Assembly: GCA_951406725.2 (NCBI GenBank)
Contig: OX597837.1
Location: 15,686,001 to 15,750,000 of the forward strand
DNA: 64,000 bases
Reading direction: 5' to 3'
Source of the DNA: Octopus vulgaris
Taxonomy: Eukaryota
Position numbers and translations under genes: made by a program. This document shows positions 41,639 to 55,667 of this stretch, one piece after another. Numbering within the stretch: the first letter of the stretch is position 1; each line of letters opens with the position of its first letter. The notes under the pieces are model-generated. The model was given only the letters and a program-made list of their open reading frames with translations, had not been told where the DNA came from and did not search any database.

Positions 41639-41718
41639 CATTCAATACGTGTGTTTCAGGTCAGTGAGATAATATAATAGGAAATGCATCCATTACGTGA
41701 AACCTTCCTCAGTTAATG
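41639..41718 (-). ncRNA. Minimal type I hammerhead ribozyme, intact core
   Basis: Minus strand reads CATTAA-CTGAGGA-AGGT..(~40 nt)..ACCT-GAAAC-ACAC-GTA^TTGAATG. Stem I pairs 6 bp with one bulge. Confidence 0.7.
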
Positions 41719-42214
41719 TGTGTGTGTGTGTGTGCATATATATATATATATAAAGACAAATGAAACAAGGAAAAGTGATAGGTTGACATTTTGGAAAAAC
41801 TCTTTATCAAAATGGAATAAAAAAATAAACAAAAGAAAATAAACAATACTTGTTTAAAGCATGCATGTATCTTTCAACTACATTCTGTGTAGAATGTGTG
41901 TGTGTATATGTACATATATTTATATGTATATGTATGTCTCTCTCTGTATAAATATATATATATGTATGTATGTATGTATATTTGTGTGTGCGTGTGTGTG
42001 TATTTTTGTTTACTTTGGCACATGATGTGCTGACTGAAGATGATAGCATTTATAACAGTTGTTCATTATTTCAATTAATCAATCAACGGACAGAGTAAAC
42101 GAAGCCAAGAATGCACCTCAAATGCATAACAATAACAGCTGTAAGTCAACAAGGCACAAATAAATGTACAAAGCCCATTATTAATGCCTTTTCTGAGATA
42201 TGCACAGATATATA

Positions 42215-42535
42215 TCATCATCGTTTAATGTCTGTTTTCCATGCTAGCATGGGTTGGACAGTTCAACTGGGGTCTGGGGAGCCAGAAGGCTGTGCCAGGC
42301 TCCAATCTGATCTGGCAGTGTTTCTACAGCTGGATACCTTTCCTAACGCCAACCACTCCGTGAGTGTAGTGGGTGCTTTTTACGTGCCACCTGCACAGGT
42401 GCCAGACGGGGCTGGCAAACAGCCATGATTGGATGGTGCTTTTTACGTGCCACCGGCTCGGGGGCCAGGCGAGGCTGGCAATGGCCACAATCGGATGGTG
42501 CTTTTTACGTGTCACTGGCACGGAGGCCAGTCGGG
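42215..42535 (-). mobile_element. Short interspersed repeat family D with (GAT)n tail and internal repeats
   Basis: TCATCATCGTTTAATGTCTGTTTTCCATGCTAGCATGGGTTGGAC..TTTCTACAGCTGGAT..CCTAACGCCAACCAC, with GGTGCTTTTTACGTG x3. Relatives at ~52728, 55027, 56086, 57843, 59399 and 61880. Confidence 0.75.
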
Positions 42536-42544
42536 GCAGCGCTC

Positions 42545-42915
42545 AGCGCAGGAGTGGCTGTGTGGTAAGTAGCTTGCTTACCAACCACATGGTTCCTGGT
42601 TAAGTCCCACAGTGTGGAACCTTCGCCAAGTGTCTTCTACTATAACCCTGGGCTGATCAAAGCCTTGTGAGTGGATTTGGTAGACGGAAACTGGAAAAAG
42701 CCCATATATTTATATACATATTTGTGTGTCTGTGTTTGTACCCCCACCATCACTTGACAACCGATGTTGGTGTGTTTATGTCCCTGTAACTTAGCAGTTT
42801 GGCAAAAGAGAGCACTAGAATAAGTATTAGAAGTCCTGGGGTCAAATTGTTTGACTAAAGGCGGCGCTCCAGCATGGCGGCAGTCAAAATGACTGAAACA
42901 AGTAAAAGAATAAAA

Positions 42916-42916
<1 letters not shown>
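42545..42916 (+). mobile_element. SINE family A, full-length
   Basis: GCGCAGGAGTGGCTGTGTGGTAAG head to GAAACAAGTAAAAGAATAAAAG tail, then (TA)n. Confidence 0.9.
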
Positions 42917-42962
<46 letters not shown>

Positions 42963-42965
<3 letters not shown>

Positions 42966-43398
42966 GATAATGAATGAAATTATTGTGTATAGTGCCCAGG
43001 TGCTCTACAACTCATTAAAGGTGCATGTACAGCATGTAGAATTATGTAGAAAAGTCAGGAAAGTGAACAGTGTATGAGCCATGATATACAGGTGTGCATG
43101 CATTTGGATGGGGAGGGTATCAGGTGTAGTGTTGGCGAATTTCAGGAAGCATGGTGGTTTTAAAGGATGCAATGTCTGAGCAACTAACAACTGATACCGG
43201 AAGTTTGTTCCATGCTTCAGCAACTCTGAGTGTGAAAAAATGTTTCCAAAAGTCATGAGAGCTGTGCTGTTTTCTTTGTAGGCATGGCCACATGTGTTAG
43301 ACACATGGAGCTTAAAAAGGTGCCCAAAGTGGTTGTTGACACAGTGGTTAATAATTTTGTTGGGGTTTACCAAGTCAGTTGCCAGATGTTGGAGCACG
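42963..43398 (-). mobile_element. CR1/L2-type LINE 3' end (frameshifted ORF2 C-terminus plus 3' UTR)
   Basis: LATDLVNPNKIINH..LFKLHVSNTCGHAYK / RKQHSSHDFWKHFFTLRVAEAWNKLPVSVVS matches the TRGH..K...R..FF..RV...WN.LP signature. Confidence 0.85.
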
Positions 43399-44114
43399 TG
43401 TGAGTGTGTGTGTGTGTGTAGGTATGTATATATATATATTGTTGACATCATAAGGAGTTAGCAACTTTGAAAACATGAAAGAAGAATGCATTTTTGGAGT
43501 TGCGAATCTCAAAGTAAATAAAACTATGAAAAATAACATGGAAACATTGGGTTAAAAACCCCTTGGATAGAAAAAGTCAAAGGCTGCTTGTAGGGCATGG
43601 GGGAGGGGTGTGTGTGAGAGGAGAGTAAAGAGGAAGAGAAAGGAGTTTCCCCAGGAGGAATTACATTGATATAAATGAAACGATTTAGCAATACAGCGCT
43701 ATGACAAGGAACTGAACCAGGTTCACAGATTTGGTCTCAATGGGAGAGTTGCTTCAACACCAAAGTGCAACCACACACACACACACACATACATACACAC
43801 AGAGAAACATACACACACATAAAGAGAGAGACAAACACACGCATGTATATAATATTTGATAAAGTGGGTGGAGCTAATTTCACCCCCTCCCACCACACAG
43901 ACACACCTCCTTTCAATGACATCATCTGTTATGAATTTACTGTTGATGTAGTGTACCATCTATATAAATACCAACCAAGCTTGATGTCGCTACAATTAGC
44001 ACACACACACACACGCACACACACCTACATACACACACATACATTCTTGCATGCATGTATAACTGCACACATTTATGTATGTGTTTGTGTATATAAATAC
44101 ACACACACACACAC

Positions 44115-44117
<3 letters not shown>

Positions 44118-44147
<30 letters not shown>

Positions 44148-44218
44148 TGTATGTATGTATGTATGTATGTATGTATGTATGTATGTATGTATGTATGTAT
44201 GTATGTGTGTATGTATGT
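44118..44218. repeat. (TATG)n tetranucleotide microsatellite
   Basis: Near-perfect run of about 25 units. Confidence 0.95.
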
Positions 44219-45979
44219 AGAGAGACACCCAAACACATAAGATAGGTAGAGATGGAGAGACAGATAATATTTTAATTGATTTTTACCATTCTGGTTGCTG
44301 TTTTTCTGTTTTTTTTCTTTCTTTTAAACATACAATTCTGTTTACAGCTTCAATATAAATTAATATTTATGTGTATATGGATGTGAGCCTGTATCTATTC
44401 ATATCTGTTGTAAATATGTCATTTATATTTGTGTGCGTGTATGTGTGTATGCATGCATATATATATACAAACATATATATATATACACACACACATACAT
44501 ACATATATACATACATGTCTACATACATATATATATACATATATGTATGTATATATACATATATTTATATATATATATATACACACACCCATATAATTAC
44601 ATATTTATAAACAAATACACACGTGTATACAATCTATCTTCCTTCCCTCCCTCCATATCACCACACACACACACAGAACATGAACACAGATATATAAACA
44701 TTTATAATATAGCTACAGAGAAAATTTTATATACTTGAAAAAAAAAAAATTAAGAAAAAGAATAAAAAAATTAAAAATTAACAAAAAATATAAATAAAAC
44801 GAGGAAACAAACAAAAAAAATTATAAGAAAAACCAACAAAATGACATAAAACAAAACAACAAAAATACCAAAAAGACCATTAAAACTACCAGGACACCTC
44901 CCCACCCCGCCATCACCCCTTGAAAGATAATTCAAACGGAAAAAATAAACGATGGAGTGGAGGCTGGGGGTGTTGGTAGCGGTGGTGAGGTAGGGGAGGT
45001 GGGAAAAACCAATTAAAATAATTAGTGTATGAAACAAAGAAGAATCATAATAATTATTAACGTTTATGATGAAAATATATACGTATATCTATCCCACCAC
45101 CCACCCCTCAGAAATAACACATAACTATTGTTGTTGTTATTATTATTATTGTTGTTGTTTTTGTGTTTTTTGGCAAGAATTTCAATTTTTAAGAAATATT
45201 GCTCCATCTCATTTGTCTCAATTCTTGTACGCTTCATCGGTTTCGGAAAAGCTTCTGTTGGAATTTAATTAGAAAATGGATCATTTGCACTGGAACTGGT
45301 CATAGAAATATAAAGTAGCAGCGCAGAGAGAGAGAGACAATAATTTGGTCTTGGCTTCTCTTTACTTCTTTCTTTCTTCCCTTTGTTTCTTTATTTTCTT
45401 TTAACAGACAACTGGGAAGAATTGAAAAGATTTTCAACTATGAATTTGTGTACCTGTACGTGTCTCTATGTCCATGTGTATGTGTGTATTAACACACTAA
45501 CATACACACAAAAATATGTGTATATACATACATATATATTTATATGTAAATATATATATATGTATATATGTAAATATATATATATATAAATGTAAATATA
45601 TATATAAACATATATATATATCAATATATATATATATATACATACATATATAAACATATATATATATATATGCATGTATATATATCAATATACATATATA
45701 CATACATACATATATAAACATATATATATATGCATGTATATATATATATATATCTACATACATGCATATATATACATGTGTGTGTATGTATATATATGCA
45801 AATATGTATATATTTATAATTACATATGTATATACATAATTACACATGTGTAATTATATTTATACACATATATAATGATATATCAACTAAAAATATAAAG
45901 CAGAGAAAAAATGTAAATAAATGCTTCACACATTTATTAGACATATATTTTCATCAAGTTATATACAACACACACACAC

Positions 45980-46055
45980 ACACACATGTATCTAGATCTC
46001 TATAAATGTTTATAAATATATATAAACATTTATAGAGCTATAGATACATGTGTGT
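45980..46055. repeat. ~76 bp near-perfect palindrome
   Basis: ACACACATGTATCTAGATCTCTATAAATGTTTATA / TATAAACATTTATAGAGCTATAGATACATGTGTGT. Confidence 0.85.
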
Positions 46056-46058
46056 ATA

Positions 46059-46113
<55 letters not shown>

Positions 46114-47563
46114 AAGGGAGAGCTAGATATAGATAGATAGCTAGATAAATATATTTTTTATGAAAATTGAATTACTCAGATTAAAAGAAAGAAAGAAAGA
46201 CAGAGACTGAGAAAGAGAAAGAGATAGGGAGAGAAAGAGAGAAAGATAGGGAGGGAGAGATAGACAGAGCGATAGATAGATAGATAGAGAGAGAGAGATC
46301 AAATAGATTCTGTGCTAATAGAAAAAAAAAAGAGAAAAGGAGAATTGAAAAATCAAATAGGAATTGATGAAGAAGAAGAAGAAGAAGAAGACGAAGGAGA
46401 GGGAGGTTGTTGTAGATGTAAATTGTAGAATTGTTGTACAATATTTAATAATGAAGAGAAGAGTAACAATAAGAACAATGCTGAGGCAATGGTTGGGATT
46501 TTATTAAAGAAAATTTCGTGAAGGGGTCGATGGGAGGGGGGTTACCAGAAGGGGCACAAACAGTGTGTGGTTGTGTGTGTATGGATTTATATCATGTATG
46601 TATGTATGCGTGTGTGTATATGTAGATAGATACATACATATCTATATATGTATAGATAGAAATACACACACATTATATATTTATATATATACTCACACGT
46701 GTGTGTGCAAACATATATATATATATATATATATTTACATGCACATATACATATGTAGATATATATAGAAACATACAGACATGCATATGTGTAGGTATGT
46801 ATGTGAGCACATGTAAATATATATATATACATATATATGTATGTATATTAATAATCTATTCCATTGGACAGAACCAATTATGAAATGCATATATACATAT
46901 ACACATGTATGTAATAAACACACACACATATATATAATAAATACAGATGTATGTGTGTGTGTGTATATATATATACACACATCTGTATTTATGTAAATAA
47001 TTCAGTTGGAAACTGATCTGATCAGTTTAGATGGGAGATATTAGAGAAATAAAGTAAAACAATGATAACGAGTGTATATTTGTGTGTGTGTGTATTTGTC
47101 CAGTGGGTGGGAAGATGCAAGTATAAGCGAACAATAGATGAATAATGGATTATGGCTTAATAAGCAATGTAATACCATAATATCGTGTTTGTCCATCTCT
47201 TGTCCTTTTGTGTATGCGTGTTTGTATATATATATATATGTGTGTTTATATTGTTATGGACCCTTCTGTTGTTATGGCGATGAATGAAGGTTTTTTAATG
47301 CCTTGCTCAACAACCACACAATTGATTTGTTTAAAGTGATTAAACGTTTGCGTTACACATAAGCTCCCTCCCTCCCTCCATTAAAAACTGCGATTGATTC
47401 CCACAGGTGCCACGAATGGGTCTCATGTCAGGTGTCCAACTGAGTGTAGAGCAATGCAAAAGGATGTGTTTTGTCGAGGGACACAGTGCATGGCCGGGTC
47501 TGGGAATCAAAACCACAATTTATCAGGAGTGCAACACCCTAACCACTAGGCCATATTATATAA

Positions 47564-47594
<31 letters not shown>

Positions 47595-47611
47595 ATGTCC
47601 ACCATGAGGTC

Positions 47612-48030
47612 CAGTGCTTGTTGTGGTGTGGTGGCTTCTATGCCTCATTGACAATGACAGCCATGCCAAGGCCTCCCAGGCTGGAGAGGTCAAAGGACAG
47701 AGGCCACACTAATACAGACCACCTCTTCCCAGAGGGAGAAATAGGTTTGCGTAGGGCCAGCATCCTTACCAAGAAGAAAGTGAAGTTACAAAAGCATTGA
47801 TGACAATTCAGGACTCAACAGAGACCCTGGGAGAAGAAGTCCCTTGCTTGGGGAAATGCTTGCTTGAAGTATGGGAATCTATGAGGGAGGTGGGAAAAGT
47901 GAATGATTGAAGCAGAACTGAAATGACAGGGATCCATCCGGAGAGAAGCGGAAGTGAGGGCCCAGAGTTGAGAGCAGCAGAGAGATGATGTGAATGGCCT
48001 CCATTGGGAGGGAAAGGGACTAAGTAAATG
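47612..48030 (+). mobile_element. Internally deleted RTE-derived element (5' UTR-like part joined to ORF C-terminus)
   Basis: The 5' part TTGTTGTGGTGTGGTGGCTT..TGCCTCATTGAC..AGCCATGCC resembles RTE 5' UTRs (from memory). The 3' part translates MIEAELK*QGSIRREAEVRAQS*EQQRDDVNGL followed by CTAAGTAA. Confidence 0.6.
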
Positions 48031-48094
48031 ATAATGCATCTGTGTGTGAATGTACTTGTGTGTGTGTGTGTGGTTGTATGGTTTGTGAAGGCAA

Positions 48095-48365
48095 GTAGCT
48101 GAGTGGTTAGGGTATATGGCTTGTGAGTGTAAGGTTATAAGTTCAATTCCCAACAGTGTGTTGTGTCCTTGGACAAGACACTTTATTTCACTTTATTGCT
48201 CCAGTCCACTCAGCTGCCAAAAATGAGTTGTACCTGTAATTCACGAGGGGTCATCTTTGTCACATTCTGTGTCATGGTGAATCTTCCTGAGAACCACAGT
48301 GATGGCATGCATGTCTGTGGAGTACTCAGCCACTTGCACGTTAATTTCATGAGCAAGCTGGGACA
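48095..48365 (+). mobile_element. tRNA-headed SINE family E
   Basis: A-box TAGCTGAGTGG, B-box GTTCAATTCC, then GTGTCCTTGGACAAGACACTTTATTTCAC..CCAGTCCACTCAGCTG. Relatives at ~52473, 57553, 47400 (-) and 41425. Confidence 0.75.
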
Positions 48366-48649
48366 CTCACCATTGTAAGCAAAGGAGTGCCAGAAGTAAT
48401 GCCTAAATGGTTAGAAAGTTCAATTTTCAGTGACAAGGTCACAGGTTCAATTCCACCCACTTCATGGCACCTTAGGTTGCATCTCTCTCAAGACTTAGAA
48501 GACAGAACTGGGGCCCAACCATGGCACACCTTATGCTGCATTGATTCTTCCCAAGAATTAGGCCAGGGGTACGTGTGACAGTGGAACACCAGCTTTTAAG
48601 ACATTGTCTAACTTGGACTACAGCTTTCAATGTATCCTTTCTTGTTGAT

Positions 48650-48990
48650 GTTTGACTCCAGGTCAACAGACCAATGCTCAAATGAGCATCCCATCTTTTA
48701 TTCTGTCACAATGTATCTAAGACTACATTATTGAATGTCCTCTCTTACTGGAGTTTAGCCCCAGGTCAAGCTTCACCCAACAGACCTATGATAAAAGGTT
48801 TTCTAGCCAAGGCCGTCCTCTCCCTTATTCTGGACAGTGCATCAAGACCCACATTATTGAACATTTGTGCTTCTTGTCTTTTAACACCAGGTCAGTCCTG
48901 ATCTAACAGATTTAGGATCAAAGACGTTCTAACTATGACTATCTCATCTTTTGTTCCAAGAGTGCATCTTGAACTACAATTATTGATCAT
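48650..48990 (+). repeat. Tandem triplication of a family C segment (~110-125 bp)
   Basis: The unit TTT.[AG]C[ACT]CCAGGTCA..CAGA...ACATTATTGA starts at ~48650, 48754 and 48880. Confidence 0.7.
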
Positions 48991-49949
48991 GGGTCTGCTG
49001 GATTTGATTGGTGATGACCATGCCAACTTTTTGAGACACAAGTGTACCTTGGAGTACATTAACCAATGTTCTCTACATGCTGTCATTGTTGCTGTTGTCG
49101 TTTGTATCCCAGTAACAGCTGTTTGACACAAACTCCACAAGTCAGCCATGGTTGGATGCTGCTTGCGGATGAGAGTAAAAGAGTGTTTAGTGACGACGGA
49201 TGTTGTTGATGTTGTCACTCTTTGTGTGTTCCAGTGGCCGATGGTGGACGATGACGATGACGACAGACACCAGCCCCTTGGTGAAGGTTATTATAAGGGA
49301 AATAATGGAAGAGAGTGGAGAATAGGGAACACAGGAGGAGGGGGAGAGGAGTTATGAGAGTGGAGAGAGGAAAGGGAGAAGGGTTGGATGAGGTGGAGTG
49401 TGAAGTGAAGGGGAGAGGAAAGGACAAGAAGAGAGGGGGAAGGGTAAGAGTGGAGAGAAAGTAAGAGAAAGGTTTGTAACAAAGATGGAGTGGGGGGAAA
49501 GGAAGAGCTTTGAGAAGGGGGAAGAGGGGGAAAGAGGAAGGGAAGGGGGAAGTGACAAGAGAAGGAGGAGGGGATGAGGGTGAGGCGGTGGCGGTGGTTT
49601 TTTTTTTTGGCCAACAAACAAGAAATAACTGGGAATTATTGTGAAAATTTGTTTTGGTAAAGAGAGAAAGAAAGAAAGTGAGAAAGGAAAGGAGAGTAAG
49701 GAGTTTGGGGCGGGTGGTGGGGAAGCGGGCAGAGAGGAAACAGAAATGGAATTTTCAAATAAAAGTTTGTGGTGGTTTGGGAGGGGGGGTTCAAAATAAA
49801 TGATAATGAAAGCAATAACAAGAGAAATGTGTCTTATTAAGTGAAAATATAATAAAGAATTGGAAATATTAACTAGAAAAGGGGGAGTGGGGGAGAGGAA
49901 GAGAGAGAGAGAGGAGGAGGGAGTTAGCTCAGTGGGGGTTGGGGGAAGA

Positions 49950-50395
49950 GGGGGAGTAGATAGATAGGTAGATGGGCAGATGGAGAGAGAGAGAGAGAGA
50001 ATGAGGGGTAGACAGTTACATAGATAGATAGAGCAATGAACAGCAAGCTAGATAAGTAGATGGATGGATGGATGGATAGATAATAAGGTAGGTAGGTGGG
50101 TAGATAGATAGACTGATAGATAAACAGACAGACAGATAGATAGATAGATAGATGGATAAATAGATAGACTGATAGATAAACAGATAGACAGACAGACCGA
50201 CAGACAGATAGATAGATAGATAAGTAGGTAGGTAGGTGGGCAGGCAGATAGATAGAAAGATATGAATAGATAGATAGATAGACATACAGACAGATAGATA
50301 AACAGATAGATCGATAGATAGCTGGGAAGATAGATAGATAGATAGATAGATAGACAGACATACAGAGAGACAGACATATAGATAGTTAGATAGAG
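49950..50395. repeat. (GATA)/(GACA)/(GGTA) compound microsatellite
   Basis: Directly visible. Source of the YLSI-repeat ORFs. Confidence 0.9.
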
Positions 50396-50669
50396 ATTGT
50401 TGCTAAGCCCAATTCAGCACAAATCCATGAAGGATATGATTGAAGGCCTTCTCATCTTGTTTTTGTCTGTCCACTCTGTTCTACTTAATATAGTTCGGTG
50501 TGATTTGAGGGACATTTGGCTGCTGTTTCGAGCTGATCAGGCAACCACACAGAGGTTTAAATTAATAGAAGTAATAGTATTACTTGTGATTGCAGTTTAA
50601 CCCTAGGTCAGAACTAGCAGTGCGATAATCACAGCCGTTCCAACCATAGCCACCTCATCTTAGTTCCAT

Positions 50670-51082
50670 ATCTTTTACCTTTTACTTGTTTCAGGCATTG
50701 GACTGTGGCCATACTGGGGCACCACCTCAAAGGGTTTTTAGCTGAATGAACCAACCCACCCCCTGCTGTACTTATTCTATTGGTTTCTTTTACTGAACAG
50801 CTAAGTTATGAGGATGTAAACAAACCAACACCACATGTCAAGTGGTGGGGGGGACAAATACAGACAAAAGACACCACACACATGTATGTATGTATGTGTG
50901 TATATATATATATATAAATATATATATATGATGGGCTTCTTTCAGTTTCCATCTACCAAATCCCCTCACAGGCTTTGGTTGGTCTGAGGCTACATTAGAA
51001 GACACTTGCCCAAGGTGCCTTGTAGTGGGATTGAATCTGTAACCATGTGGCTGGGAAGCAAACTTCTTACCACATGGCCACA
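50670..51082 (-). mobile_element. SINE family A, diverged full-length copy
   Basis: Colinear tail-to-head blocks as in 8221-8616. Confidence 0.8.
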
Positions 51083-51921
51083 TCATGGTTTGCTGCATCG
51101 TCTCCAATATTTCTGTCTGAAATTAAGACGTGTGATCGAAGGGGGAGATAGAACTGGCTGCTATTTCTAGCAGGTTGAACACAATGGTGGTTGTGATGCC
51201 AGTGGATTGGTGGTGGTGGTGGTGGTGGATGTTGAGAGAGGGAGGCGGGTGGAGTGGAGAGAATTGAGGAGGCGGGCAAGCTGAAAGGATTTGCAAGTGT
51301 GGAAGACCTGGTGATAATTTTCAAATAAATTAAATAATTGAAAAGACGAGGAAAAGAAAGGAGAGGAGGGGAGGAGAGCAAGGCGGAGGAGGAGATGGTG
51401 ACGGTGGAGGAGGTGGGGACGTCGGGGGGGGGGGGGAAGGGAGACGGAGTGGGGAGAGGGGATTGATTGTTTGTCTGATTGACATCAGAGACTGGGGGGT
51501 TGGGGGTGAGGAATAGGGAGCGAAACTGGGGTCTATGTGACGGGTTATGGATGTGTGTATGCATGCGTGTGCGTGTATGGGGGGGGTGTGGGGGGGGGAG
51601 TGAGTGCTATATTCTTTTGTTCGTTTCATTCATTCAACTGCGGCCATGCTGGAGCACCACTGCCTGCCTTCAAGGGTGTTAGTTGATTAAACCTCCACCA
51701 ATATCTATTTTAAGCCAGCTACTTATTCTATTGATCTCTCTCTGCTGAACTGCTAAGTTATAGAGACACAAATATTCTAATACTATTTGATAAGCAGTAA
51801 AGCATACACACACACACATATACACATACATATATACATGCATACATATACATAGACAAACACACACATATATACACACATCCTAATCAGAGTGAAACTG
51901 GAGATTCAGTGGTAAAAATTC

Positions 51922-51954
<33 letters not shown>

Positions 51955-54066
51955 ATCATAAATGAATTCATGATGTAATTATGGAAACATTTTTCCAACA
52001 GAATCTCCAGTTCCATTCTCGTCTTGGATGTATTGCTTTGCAGTCTATTCAAATGTTTTGAATACCAAATGGAAAAAAAAAAAAAAAAAAAAAGCCTAGA
52101 GAGCAAATCTATTTTGTTTAATATTTTCATTGGAAACTGGATCAGCAGGAATTTAGATGGAGATCTAAGCAAAGGTCAACTATTTCTCTGTCTCATTTGA
52201 AATAACATCATTTCAGTCCATACAAGAGGGTGTTTTGGGGTAAAAGAAAATAGAGGAGGATCAGTTAATTAGGATTTTATTCAACATATTCCCCTCTTAA
52301 ATTCAAATGCTTATTGCAGCAGTCCCTTGGGTTTTCTAAGCCCTGTAAAAGAACTCAGATGGTTGAGCCTCCAACCAGACCTTTCGTGATATCCTTAAAG
52401 CCAGGAAGTTTTCGGCACCCCCTCGTACATACATACATTATCATTATATCATCCATGTTCCATTTTGAGGACGTGGGTGGCTATGGTGTTTTAATTACAA
52501 TTGTAAAATTGAGGTTTCGATTCCTGAACCAGATAATGCATTGCGTTCTTGGACAAAACACCTCTTTCACACTGCTCCTGCCCTCTCAGCCGGCAAAATT
52601 GAGTAATTCTGTGACAGACTGGCATCCTGTTCAGGGGCAGGGGGAATATATGTGTCACAGAAACCAAGAGACTGGCCCCTATGAGTCTATGCGCTCAGCA
52701 AGGACAAGATCTTTATCTTTATCCTGTCATGTTCCATGCTGGTTGGACAGTTCGACAGGATCCGGTGTGTGTCCAAGGACTGCATTGATCTCCAATAAAT
52801 GCTTACTTTGGCAGGGTTCTCTACAGCTGGATGTCCTTCCTAATACCAACCACTTTACATTATAGACTGGGGGGGGGGGTCTACTCATGCCTGCTGCAGT
52901 ATTGGAGTTGCCATGTAGTTTGACCGTTGTTGCTGCAGCTGGGCCTAACACATTGTAAAGCAAATGCCATCAGGAGTGATATACTTCAGTGGAGAAGGCA
53001 AACAAATAGTTTTGGTGTTAAAAAGAAACCATAATTAGAAGAATCCTGAGCGAAACCTTGTAACATTGCTTACTAGGTTTGCTCAATATTCTTCTAGCAT
53101 TTCAGTGGTGGTGGTTGGGTGTTGGTGCACAATGATGCCATCGAGAGGAGGGCCCTGATGTGCATTCTCTCCTGATGACCCCAGGTATTTCAACTAGTGG
53201 CACTTGTATCTGCAAGTTGTTGTTTGCAAAAAAATCTAAAGGGAATATTTTGTGTGTATACAGCTTGATGTATGATTGTTACGGGTGGGTTTAGAGCAGC
53301 ACAAAGAGTGTCACCGTCCTCTGTGCCTCCAGCGAAGGTGGCATGCAGTGAGACTGAACCTGGGACCATGGGGTTGGGAAGAAAGCGACTTACGACAGAG
53401 GCCAAGCCTAAATATATATATATATATATATATACAGATATATATATATACACACACACACACACATATATATATACACAGAGATATATACAGATATATA
53501 TACCTGAATACATACAATACATACATACATATACATATATATATTTACATGCATACATACATACATAGATACATACATAAATACATGCATATATGTAACC
53601 CATCAGTAAAATCCTAAATGCTGTGCTCCTGCCTGCAAATAAACAAATTCAGATTTGTGTGTGTTTCTGCTTCAGAATATACGAGAAGAGAATTACTATT
53701 TTTCAATGACTGAAAACTTCATAAAACTTAGTCATAAATAAAAGATTAATATTTACAATTGAGTTTATTATAATAAATATATTTACTCTACACAATGTAT
53801 TGAGTGCTCTGGCTATTATTCAGGAAACTGCTTAGAAATATATGTGTGTGTGTGTATATGTATATATATATATATATATATTATATACAAATGTATACAT
53901 TATCATATGTGTATATACACACACACATACATACATAGTTTATGAAAAGAAAAAATCTCTCTCTCTCTATATATATATATATCTATATACATACATACTT
54001 TAGAAAAAGCACCTCCATACTTATCTTTCATGTACTGTTTAATATCTAATTTTATCAAAATATAAC

Positions 54067-54105
<39 letters not shown>

Positions 54106-55026
54106 TTGTATTCATTTAAATGTTTATCTCTGTTTATAATTATCTTCTGCTCTCTCTCTCTCTCTCTTTTTCTCACTTGAACCCAGGTCCTCCCCCTCTT
54201 CTTCTCTCTCTCTCCCTCCTCCTCCACATAAACACATCATCATACACTATTTGTATTGGATATTATTTATCTATATAATTATCTCTCTCTCCCTCTCTCT
54301 CTCTATGCACACATACTTTATAACTCTCTCTGTATTTGCTACTCTCTTTTTACCTCTTTCTCCCTATTTATACAGACATGCACACACATACATGTGCATA
54401 TTTACATATACATACATATCTGTACATGCATACACATATATGTATAAGTGTGTGTGTATATATATATATATATATATGTATAAGTGTATGTATATATATA
54501 TATAAATATATATATGTATGTATAAGTGTATATATATATATATATGTATAAGTGTACACACACACATATATACACATATATACATATACATACTTACACA
54601 CATATACACGCACATACATGCACATATACACATCAAGGTGTTACTCATTACAAAGGTAGATAAAACATAAATGAATTCTGAAGAACAGAAACAACAAACA
54701 AAAAACAAACAATAAAAACGCCACCACCACCACCACACCAACAACAACAACAACAACATCACAACAATAACAACGCCTCAGCTCCTGTGTTGTTGGTGAA
54801 TAAACAGTTGTGAATCTGAGATTTAATTAAATTCACTCTGTTTAGAAGCAATTTTATTAAAATTAATTTCACAAAGCCTGTACGATAGATCTGAGTGAAG
54901 GTACCCACCACCTCCACCACCACCACCACACATGTTTGGGCTCATGCCAGCCCTGATCCAGCAGATGCTTGATCAAAGCTATTCCACTCATGACCATCAC
55001 ATCTATTTCTTTATGTTTATATATAT

Positions 55027-55510
55027 ATCATCATCATCATCGTTTAACGTTGGATGGTTTGGTAAGCGCCGGCCATCCAGGGAGCTGTCCAGGCTCTTGA
55101 TTGTCTGTTGTGGCAGGGTTCCTATCACTGGGTGCCCTTCCTAACATGCCAATCCCTTTACAGAGTGTGGACTAGGTGCTTTTATGTGGCACCAGCATCT
55201 GTGCTGTATTTGCGAAACTGGCACAGGTGCTCTATATGTGGCACTGGCACAGGTGTGTTTTGCATAGCACCAGCACCTGTGAACCCGCAAGACAAGGACC
55301 TCTCTGTTGACAAAGGGACATGCCTGGATGTATGGATGGCCACGCGTACATGTCTCTGTCTTCTTTCAGTTTCCGTTTCCATCTACCAAATCCACTTAAG
55401 GCTTTGGTTGTCCTGGGACTATAGTAGAAGACACTTGCCCAAGGTGCTGTGCAGTGGGACTGAACCCAAGGCCACATGGTTACAAAGCAAACTTCTTAAC
55501 CACACAGCCA
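55027..55510 (-). mobile_element. Family D copy (55027-55310) followed by a SINE family A head (55358-55510)
   Basis: TCATCATCGTTTAACG..GCCCTTCCTAAC..GGCACAGGTG repeats, then ACTTGCCCAAGGTGCTGTGCAGTGGGACTGAACC. Confidence 0.7.
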
Positions 55511-55635
55511 TCTCTGCTTTCATTTGTTCACCTATCACATTGCTTTTTACACAATTCTTGGTTGCCTGGATTCCATCTCCCAATTATTTATTTGGTCTGA
55601 GCACTAATCCAGCTGTATCCAGGCCTTTCGGTCTA

Positions 55636-55667
<32 letters not shown>

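Noticed and set aside
48095-48165. tRNA gene (also other A/B-box heads)
   Set aside because: There is no complete cloverleaf, and the sequence continues into a SINE body.
54801-54844. Short hairpin considered as a pre-miRNA
   Set aside because: The stem is only ~16 bp and AT-rich, with no recognisable mature miRNA.
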